DNA from: Actinomycetota bacterium
Lineage (GTDB): Bacteria > Actinomycetota > Actinomycetes > S36-B12
Assembly (NCBI GenBank): GCA_027729805.1
Contig: JAQCEO010000002.1
Location: 33,987-97,986 of the forward strand
Direction: 5' to 3'
Length of the DNA stretch: 64,000 nt
How positions within the stretch are numbered: position 1 is the first letter of the stretch; every line of letters begins with the position of its first letter. The translations under genes and the position numbers were made by a program. Below are positions 57,143 through 64,000 of this stretch, one piece after another. Under the pieces are notes generated by a model. That model saw nothing but the letters and a program-made list of their open reading frames with translations. It did not search any database and was not told the DNA's origin.

Positions 57143-58531
57143 ATGCTGCCGGCGGTACTTGGTACGGCGGCTGGTGTCGGCACCGGTGTTGTTGTCGCCG
57201 CTGGATCGCGCGGACCGACGTTGGTGCCGTGGCCGGCGAAAGTCCGCACCGCGTTCCCATTCGTGGTCGGTGGCCTGTCCGGCGCTGCGGTGGCACTGCC
57301 GGTGGGTCTGGGTGCCGCCGTTGCCTTGGCGGTCATTGGCCGTGGCCGTTGGCCGGTTAAGCCGGTGGCCGTTGGGCTGGGCGTGGTGGGCGCGGTGGTG
57401 GCGGCCGGGGTGCTCGGCCGGGGACAGGTTGCCAAGAAACTCACCCCGCAGGGCCGCGAACTGGACCCGGCCTATGCCAAACCACCACTTAGTCCACTGG
57501 TATCGGGTAGCGCGCAGTCGGCGGTAACGATGGCCGAACTCGGTCGTCAGGGTGCCCGGTTCGTCGGGTCAGTGACAGCTGCCGACACCATCTTGGCGGT
57601 AACCGGTCTGGCGCCGGTCGCCGAACCGGTTCGGGTCTTCATCGGCGTCGATGCCGCCGCCACGGTGGAGCAGCGCGTGGGCTTGGCAATGTCTGAACTT
57701 CTACGCACCGGTGCCTTCGATCGCAGCAACTTACTTATTCAGGCGCCAGCGGGCACCGGATACGCGAACTCAACCCCAATCGACGTCTTGGAGATTTTGA
57801 CTAGAGGTGATGCCGCATCGGTGGCAATTGGCTACGGGTTGCTCCCGTCCTTCCTCTCCCTTGACAAAGTGCCGATCGCCGCGCAGACCCAAAAACTTCT
57901 GCTCGACTCCATCACGGCGCAGTTGGCAACCCGCGCCAAGCGCCCACGGCTATTGCTATATGGCGAAAGCCTGGGCGCCAAGGTTCAAGAAGCGGCGGTA
58001 CCCGCCGGGCCGATTGATTTAGACCGCTACAACATTGCCGCAGCCCTTTGGGTCGGCACCCCCGGTGGCCAGGTGGCAGATGGGTTCCACGCCTTATGTC
58101 AGCGGGAGTCGATTACCGTTGATCGTCCCGAAGAAATCCCCGGACCGCTGCCGGGACCGCGGCCCCGGGTTTGGTTTTTGGAACACGATGGTGACCCGGT
58201 GGTGCGCTTTCGACCCGAGTTGCTCGCCAACCGGCCCCCCTGGCTGCCACTGGACGGGCGCCGTGGGCGCAATATCCCCGGCTCGATGACTTGGCGCCCG
58301 GGTATCACCTATTTTCAGGCTTTGGTCGACACCTTGTTCGCGACGAATGTAAAACCCGGTGATTTCCAGAGCCTGGGCCACGATTACCGGGCCGACCTAG
58401 GCGCAGTAACCACCGCGGCCTACGACTTACCGGCCGATGCGGCCACCGCGGCTCGCTTAGAAGCACGGCTGCGGGCCTTGGAGACGACTAAGGCCGAGTT
58501 GATCGCCCAAACCGATCTAGCCACCGGGTAA
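57143..58531 (+). CDS. Membrane-anchored alpha/beta-hydrolase family protein (serine hydrolase)
   Basis: N-terminal Ala/Gly/Val-rich TM segments followed by the nucleophile elbow LLLYGESLGA (G-E-S-L-G). ATG 57143 avoids the overlap with ndk present in the ORF-track call (57068). Confidence 0.6.
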   Translation: MLPAVLGTAAGVGTGVVVAAGSRGPTLVPWPAKVRTAFPFVVGGLSGAAVALPVGLGAAVALAVIGRGRWPVKPVAVGLGVVGAVVAAGVLGRGQVAKKLTPQGRELDPAYAKPPLSPLVSGSAQSAVTMAELGRQGARFVGSVTAADTILAVTGLAPVAEPVRVFIGVDAAATVEQRVGLAMSELLRTGAFDRSNLLIQAPAGTGYANSTPIDVLEILTRGDAASVAIGYGLLPSFLSLDKVPIAAQTQKLLLDSITAQLATRAKRPRLLLYGESLGAKVQEAAVPAGPIDLDRYNIAAALWVGTPGGQVADGFHALCQRESITVDRPEEIPGPLPGPRPRVWFLEHDGDPVVRFRPELLANRPPWLPLDGRRGRNIPGSMTWRPGITYFQALVDTLFATNVKPGDFQSLGHDYRADLGAVTTAAYDLPADAATAARLEARLRALETTKAELIAQTDLATG

Positions 58532-58626
58532 ACCGGACATTTCGGGCGGAGACCGGGTCCGTCGTAAGATAGTTTCGGTACTTCCCCAGCCATTCATGAA
58601 CTCGACAGGAAGGCGGACACTTCCCG

Positions 58627-59658
58627 GTGGCCTCGTCATCATCCTTCGTCGGGCGCGATATGGCCGTCGACCTCGGAACCGCTAACACCTTAGTTTATGT
58701 GCGTGGGCGGGGTATCGTCCTAAATGAACCATCGGTGGTCGCGATCAACAGCAACACCGGGGGTATTTTGGCGGTGGGCTCCGAAGCCAAGCGCATGATC
58801 GGGCGCACGCCGGGCAACATCATCGCTATTCGTCCACTGAAGGACGGTGTTATCGCCGACTTTGATACCACCGAGCGCATGCTGCGGTACTTCATCCAAA
58901 AAGTGCATCGGCGCCGGTACCTAGCGAAGCCGCGCTTGATCATTTGCGTGCCATCAGGTATCACCGGGGTTGAGCAGCGCGCCGTGAAGGACGCAGGCTA
59001 CGCCGCCGGAGCGCGAAAAGTTTTCATTATCGAAGAACCAATGGCCGCAGCGATCGGCGCGAATCTTCCGGTGCACGAACCAACCGGCAACATGGTGGTC
59101 GATATCGGCGGCGGCACCTCAGAGGTTGCGGTCATCTCACTCGGCGGCATCGTCACGAGTCTGTCGATTCGGGTCGGTGGCGATGAACTCGATAACTCGA
59201 TCATCCAGTTCGTCAAAAAGGAGTATTCATTGATGCTCGGCGAACGTACCGCCGAGGAGATCAAGATGGCGATCGGGTCGGCTTTCCCGCTGCCCGATGA
59301 GCCACAGGCCGAGATTCGCGGCCGAGATTTGGTTAGTGGTCTGCCCCGGACCATCGTGGTTACCGCCGAAGAGATACGCCGAGCAATGGATGAGCCAGTC
59401 AATGCAATCATCGCCTCGGTCAAGGCCACCTTGGATCGCACCCCACCCGAACTTTCCGGTGACATCATGGATCGAGGGATTGTCCTAACCGGTGGTGGTG
59501 CCTTACTGCGCGGTCTTGATGAGCGGCTGCGCCATGAAACTGGGATGCCGATAATTATCGCCGACCGCACGCTCGAATGCGTTGCGCTGGGTTCAGGCAA
59601 ATGCGTCGAGGAATTTGATGCACTGCAACAGGTGCTGATCGCCGAGCCGCGGCGGTAA
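58627..59658 (+). CDS. mreB: Rod shape-determining actin homolog MreB
   Basis: [29 protein letters not shown]; 343 aa. Confidence 0.95.
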   Translation: MASSSSFVGRDMAVDLGTANTLVYVRGRGIVLNEPSVVAINSNTGGILAVGSEAKRMIGRTPGNIIAIRPLKDGVIADFDTTERMLRYFIQKVHRRRYLAKPRLIICVPSGITGVEQRAVKDAGYAAGARKVFIIEEPMAAAIGANLPVHEPTGNMVVDIGGGTSEVAVISLGGIVTSLSIRVGGDELDNSIIQFVKKEYSLMLGERTAEEIKMAIGSAFPLPDEPQAEIRGRDLVSGLPRTIVVTAEEIRRAMDEPVNAIIASVKATLDRTPPELSGDIMDRGIVLTGGGALLRGLDERLRHETGMPIIIADRTLECVALGSGKCVEEFDALQQVLIAEPRR

Positions 59659-59678
59659 GTCGGTGACGCACCTCACCG

Positions 59679-60728
59679 GTGCCAAACCGTGAAAGCCCAC
59701 ACATGCTGAATCACCGCACCCGCATCATTCTCGCGGTCCTTGTCATCATCGCGCTGACTTTCACCATCTTGGATTTACGTGGCGGCAAAGGCCCATTCGC
59801 AAGTGTGCGTTCGGTAGTTAGTAGCGCATTGGGTGGAGTGCAAGTTGCAGCGTCGGTAATCGTTTCGCCAATAATGGGGGTTGGCAGCTGGTGGGGCACC
59901 TGGGGCGACCAGCGGACTCGGATTGCCGAGCTGGAATCGCAAAATGCGAGCCTGCAAGACACCTTGATCCGCTCTGCTGAAGATCGGGCGCGGGCAGATG
60001 CCCTTGATCAACTACTGCGGGTGGCCGGGGTTGGTCGATACCGAATCGTGCCGGCTGAAGTTATCGCTGTTGAACCAGCCCAGGATTTCACCTGGACGGT
60101 GACAATAGATGCGGGCCGAGATGACGGGTTATTGGCAGATATGACCGTGATAAACGGTCAGGGTCTGATTGGTCGAATCCTGAGCACCACGAAGACGACC
60201 GCCACCGTCGTGCTAATTGTGGATGCCTCTTCGGCGGTCGGTGCCCGTGTTGCGGGCACCGAGGAGATCGGAATTTTGTCGGGCACGGGGCGTCAAGATT
60301 CATTGGAGTTTCAGACCCTAGATCCACTCGCTGCACTTAAATCTGGGCAGGCACTTTTGACTTTCGGCTCGCGCAGCGGCCGGCCCTACGCACCAGGTAT
60401 TCCGATCGGTGAAGTGGTCGACGTGAGTGGCACCGCGGGTCAGTTAACACGTATCGCAACCATAAGACCATTCGCCGATGTGTCTACGTTGACGGTAGTG
60501 GGCGTGGTTATTAGGCCACCTCGTGAGGATCCGCGTGATTCGGTATTGCCGACTCCACCGGAGAAGGCGGATTCCGCAAACGTCGATGCACCGGCGCCCA
60601 CCGGGGTCGAGGATGGTGCCAGCCCGGCGCCAACTGCGAGCGCTAAGCCGAAGAAGGAAACGGCGGCGAAGCCGGTGCCAGCGCCTACGCCTTCGGCGGG
60701 GGTAGCAACAGATGCTGGAGGCAACTAA
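59679..60728 (+). CDS. mreC: Rod shape-determining protein MreC
   Basis: N-terminal TM segment, coiled-coil (ELESQNASLQD) and beta-barrel domains, with a Pro/Ala-rich tail; position after mreB. Confidence 0.85.
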   Translation: MPNRESPHMLNHRTRIILAVLVIIALTFTILDLRGGKGPFASVRSVVSSALGGVQVAASVIVSPIMGVGSWWGTWGDQRTRIAELESQNASLQDTLIRSAEDRARADALDQLLRVAGVGRYRIVPAEVIAVEPAQDFTWTVTIDAGRDDGLLADMTVINGQGLIGRILSTTKTTATVVLIVDASSAVGARVAGTEEIGILSGTGRQDSLEFQTLDPLAALKSGQALLTFGSRSGRPYAPGIPIGEVVDVSGTAGQLTRIATIRPFADVSTLTVVGVVIRPPREDPRDSVLPTPPEKADSANVDAPAPTGVEDGASPAPTASAKPKKETAAKPVPAPTPSAGVATDAGGN

Positions 60729-60730
60729 GT

Positions 60731-61240
60731 ATGTGGATTCGACAGACGGTTGTCTGCGCGAGCATCATCGTCCTTGCGGTGATGTTGCAACTGACTTTGC
60801 TGTCGCGCTTGGGATTGCCAGGTGCCACCCCGGACTTGGTGGTGGTCTGCGTGGTTGCACTTGCTCTGGCTTATGGGCCGGTCACCGGCGCGGTGGTTGG
60901 TTTTGCCGCGGGGCTGGTCTTGGGTTTTACGCCACCGGCCGGTGGTGTCATTGGTATCCAAGCTTTGATTTTTCTGGTGATCGGGTTCTTGACCGGGGCC
61001 GTGATCGATCCAAGGGATCGCACGGTACCGATTTTGGCAGGCATGGTCGGCCTCAGCACCGGTGCGGCGGCCTTGGCCTATGTGCTGACCCTCGCTGCTT
61101 TCGGTGGTAACCGGGTGATCTGGGAGGAGGTGCCGGCACTGGTGCTGACAAGCAGCCTGTACGGCCTGATTTTGGCACCTATCGTGGTGCCAACCGTTGC
61201 TTGGTTGGTCCGAAGACTCACTCCCGAAGTAGCGGTCTAG
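60731..61240 (+). CDS. mreD: Rod shape-determining protein MreD
   Basis: 169-aa polytopic membrane protein immediately after mreC. Confidence 0.75.
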   Translation: MWIRQTVVCASIIVLAVMLQLTLLSRLGLPGATPDLVVVCVVALALAYGPVTGAVVGFAAGLVLGFTPPAGGVIGIQALIFLVIGFLTGAVIDPRDRTVPILAGMVGLSTGAAALAYVLTLAAFGGNRVIWEEVPALVLTSSLYGLILAPIVVPTVAWLVRRLTPEVAV

Positions 61241-61272
61241 GAGTTACTTGGGAACCGGAATTAGGCGGCAAG

Positions 61273-61307
61273 CGTCATAGCGTCAGACCAGAGCCATGAC
61301 GGTTTTT
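61273..61307 (+). terminator. Weak hairpin plus T-run between mreD and the PBP2 gene (possible attenuator)
   Basis: CGTCAT-N17-ATGACG followed by GTTTTT; short stem and large loop, so low confidence. Confidence 0.25.
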
Positions 61308-61324
61308 AAGGGAGGAAGGTACGT

Positions 61325-63469
61325 ATGGGTGAACGCTCGAACTTGCGGTTAGTCATCCTCAGCGTGCTCATCATCTCGTTGATGGCCACCTTGCTGGTGC
61401 GGTTGTTCTATCTGCAAGTAATGACCGGTGCGGGTTATCGGGTGGCCGCCCAGAGCAATACCGTGCGCGAGGTGGCGACGCCGGCGGTACGGGGGCTGAT
61501 TTTGGATCAAGCAGGTCGCCCACTTGTTGCCAATCGCACTTCATTGGTGGTCACCGTTGATCGCGTTACTTTGCAGCGTGAACCCGATGACGGTGCCGCG
61601 GTAATTGAACGACTTGCCCAAATTCTTGATGCATCGGCGGCCAGCATTCGTGATCGACTGACGACCTGCGGCGCAGAAGGTGCCAAGCCCCCACCCGTCT
61701 GCTGGAACGGCTCGCCGTACCAGCCGATCCCAATTGCCCGCGATGTCGATGCGCAAACCGCGTTGTCCATTATGGAAAGTCGGGTTACCTTCCCCGGTGT
61801 CACTGCGGGCCTTGAAGCCATCCGCACCTACCCGGCGCCATTTGATGTTAATGCCGCGCATCTTTTGGGTTATCTGGGGCCGGTAACCGAGGAGGCGCTA
61901 ACCGAACAAGGTGATTCGACGGCGTATGACAGGTTACGGCGCACCGATTTCGCTGGGCGCTCTGGCCTAGAATCAATCTATGACGCGGAGATACGTGGTA
62001 AGCCGGCGGTAATAACCCTAGAAGTCGATACCGCTGGGCGTGTTACGAAGACTTTGGAGGGAAAGCCTGCGATCGCGGGCGACTATCTAGTCTCGACAAT
62101 CGACGCCCACCTGCAACATCTTGTTGAGCAGCAATTGGTTGCTGCGGTGCAGCGAGCACAAGCTCAGGGCTATCCCGGTGATTCTGGCGCGGCCGTTGTC
62201 GTCGATGTGCGAAATGGGCACATCTTGGCGATGGCCAGTTACCCAACTTATGACCCAGCTATTTGGGTGGGGGGCGTGACGGCTAAGCAGTATCAAGATC
62301 TTATAGATAGTGAGGCGCTGTCATCCAACGCTATTCAGGGACTTTTTGCTCCGGGTTCAACCTATAAGGTGATCAGCACCGCAGCCGCTGCGCGCGCGGG
62401 GTTCAGTTTATACAGGAAGTACCAATGCCCTAATCAGGTAAAACTTGGTACCCAGACATTTCGTAATTTCGAATCCGCCGGATATGGACCGATCACTTTG
62501 AAGCGAGCAATTGAGGTCTCGTGTAACACGGTCTTCTACGGCATTGCTGACAAAATGTGGGCCGATGCAGGTGGTAACGACGCCAATCGAAATTCACCGG
62601 ATCCAATTGCGGAAACGGCAAAGATATTTGGCCTTGATGCAAAAACTGGTATTGACCTGCCGAATGAAGCATCCGGGAGAGTTGCCGGCCGCAACTTCAA
62701 AGTTACTAACTGGGAGGACAAGCGCGACACTTGGTGCGCGAATGCGATTTCTGGCTATCCCGAAACCCGAAAAACCAACCCAGAGCAGGCGGATTATTTC
62801 ACCGCACTCGATCGCGAAAACTGTGCAGACGGTTTCAGGTGGCGCGAGGGCGACGCTTTGAACGCGGCGATCGGCCAAGGTGATACGGCGGTCACCCCAT
62901 TGCAGATGGCGATGGCTTACTCGGTGATTGCGAATGGTGGCACTTTGTATCAACCGCAACTGGTCAAGGCGATCATTGGGGCTGACGGCAAGGTGGTCAA
63001 GGAAATCGCTCCGGTAGTGACCGACCGTGTTGATCTTTCGCGAACCGCCATCAATTTCATCAATTCCGCGCTACAGGGTGTGACGACTAATGGATCAGGT
63101 AAAAGACCATTTGCCGGGTTCCCGTTGGGTCAAATCCCAGTTGCCTCCAAAACTGGTTCGGCCCAGGTCACCGGCAATAAGGCGGCGACCTCTTGGTTTG
63201 CCTCTTTTGCTCCAGCAAATAAACCAAGGTATGCGGTGGTCATGATGGTGACCCAAGGTGGCACTGGATCAAAGACTTCGGGCCCGAGTGTGCGCAAGAT
63301 CTACGAGGGTATTTTCGGAGTTTCCGGTAGCACGGTAAATCCCACCGACAGTGTCCTTATCGGTGGCGCCCCGCTGAAGAAATTGCCAACCGTGCGTCCA
63401 GACGGCACTCCGGTGGCGCCAAAGGGCAAGATGTCAGGGCAGGCTTCGGCGCCGGGAGGGGGCCAGTGA
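61325..63469 (+). CDS. mrdA: Penicillin-binding protein 2 (elongasome class B transpeptidase)
   Basis: SxxK (GSTYK), SxN (SCN) and KTG (SKTGSA) motifs; N-terminal TM anchor; 714 aa. Confidence 0.9.
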   Translation: MGERSNLRLVILSVLIISLMATLLVRLFYLQVMTGAGYRVAAQSNTVREVATPAVRGLILDQAGRPLVANRTSLVVTVDRVTLQREPDDGAAVIERLAQILDASAASIRDRLTTCGAEGAKPPPVCWNGSPYQPIPIARDVDAQTALSIMESRVTFPGVTAGLEAIRTYPAPFDVNAAHLLGYLGPVTEEALTEQGDSTAYDRLRRTDFAGRSGLESIYDAEIRGKPAVITLEVDTAGRVTKTLEGKPAIAGDYLVSTIDAHLQHLVEQQLVAAVQRAQAQGYPGDSGAAVVVDVRNGHILAMASYPTYDPAIWVGGVTAKQYQDLIDSEALSSNAIQGLFAPGSTYKVISTAAAARAGFSLYRKYQCPNQVKLGTQTFRNFESAGYGPITLKRAIEVSCNTVFYGIADKMWADAGGNDANRNSPDPIAETAKIFGLDAKTGIDLPNEASGRVAGRNFKVTNWEDKRDTWCANAISGYPETRKTNPEQADYFTALDRENCADGFRWREGDALNAAIGQGDTAVTPLQMAMAYSVIANGGTLYQPQLVKAIIGADGKVVKEIAPVVTDRVDLSRTAINFINSALQGVTTNGSGKRPFAGFPLGQIPVASKTGSAQVTGNKAATSWFASFAPANKPRYAVVMMVTQGGTGSKTSGPSVRKIYEGIFGVSGSTVNPTDSVLIGGAPLKKLPTVRPDGTPVAPKGKMSGQASAPGGGQ

Positions 63470-64000
63470 TGAGTGCATTTTCGGCAACCGACGCCAGCTC
63501 TAGGCCGCCATCGGCCCAGCGGTCACGGGGCCGCACCTATTGGCGTGAAATGGACTGGGTGCTAATTGTCGCGGCTGTTGGTGTCACAATTTTTGGGGCG
63601 GTGTTGGTCTGGTCCGCTAGCCGGGCCGATATGGCATCGGCGAATGACCCACAGTCATACCTGAAGCGACACCTTATAAACGTGGTAATTGCCATAGCCT
63701 TAGGATTCGTCGCATCGCGGCTTGACTACCGCTGGCTGCGTGCGTACACGCCGATCATCTACATCGTTTCGCTGTTGCTATTGCTGGTTGTCTTCGTCCC
63801 GGGGTTAGGTACCTCAATCGCTGGAGCGCGGGCTTGGATTGATCTACCGGGCGGATTCACCTTCCAGCCTTCAGAGTTCGCCAAGATTGCGGTCATCATC
63901 ATGATGGCTGCGATCCTTGCGGAGAAAAGGGACTTCGAAATCGAGCCACATGATCGTGATGTGTTCATGTCGGTCGGTGTCGCGGTGTTGCCAATTCTCA
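63469..64000 (+). CDS. rodA: SEDS-family peptidoglycan polymerase RodA (5' part, runs off the right edge)
   Basis: Absent from the ORF track (open-ended). My translation from ATG 63469 (overlapping the PBP2 TGA): MSAFSATDASS...WREMDWVLIVAAVGVTIFGAVLVWSAS...WIDLPGGFTFQPSEFAKIAVIIMMAAIL contains the FtsW/RodA QPSEFAK motif. Confidence 0.85.
   Translation, partial: MSAFSATDASSRPPSAQRSRGRTYWREMDWVLIVAAVGVTIFGAVLVWSASRADMASANDPQSYLKRHLINVVIAIALGFVASRLDYRWLRAYTPIIYIVSLLLLLVVFVPGLGTSIAGARAWIDLPGGFTFQPSEFAKIAVIIMMAAILAEKRDFEIEPHDRDVFMSVGVAVLPIL

Noticed and set aside
58998-59600. 200-aa minus-strand ORF inside mreB
   Set aside because: Shadow ORF antisense to an unambiguous MreB.

Overview
This window comes from a high-GC actinobacterial chromosome. 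It has two housekeeping flanks around an accessory island of about 30 kb. Left flank (1-15.2 kb): a CruF-like membrane protein (partial), a YbaK-type deacylase, a rhodanese lipoprotein, etfBA, iscS-mnmA, a MetE-like protein, ligA, gatCAB, a 2-hydroxyacid dehydrogenase and ilvD. Right flank (45.85-64 kb): tRNA-Gly(UCC), a stand-alone efeU, tRNA-Pro(UGG), tig, clpP1P2, clpX, a vapBC insertion, valS, folC, a DUF4233-like gene, ndk, a membrane alpha/beta hydrolase, mreBCD, PBP2 and rodA (partial). As I recall, this gene order matches Streptomyces. The island (about 15.2-45.85 kb) is visibly richer in G+C and abuts the 3' end of tRNA-Gly. It has two modules. Module 1 is a complete but rearranged mycofactocin locus: an mftR-mftF operon divergent from mftABCDE plus two mycofactocin-type SDRs. 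Module 2 follows a decay scar made of an IS3-type transposase remnant and a truncated ABC sugar permease. It is a 20-kb cluster of four transcription units containing two split transketolases, an orphan fused E1 alpha/beta, a P450, four Gfo/Idh/MocA enzymes, two VOC proteins, two lactonase-type enzymes, a DMFase-like protein, a kinase, an enolase-superfamily dehydratase, an SDR, a 2-hydroxyacid dehydrogenase xenolog and two GntR regulators. No intact transporter is present. I regard module 2 as the best candidate for an uncharacterised pathway; its substrate cannot be read from the sequence. Smaller observations are a recurring TTGTTGA/TTGACAAT operator-like motif, a 53-codon upstream ORF coupled to the E1 gene, a 16-20 bp hairpin beside tRNA-Gly, and candidate CsoR-type and DtxR/IdeR-type operators. 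I saw no CRISPR array, rRNA, integrase or phage genes.
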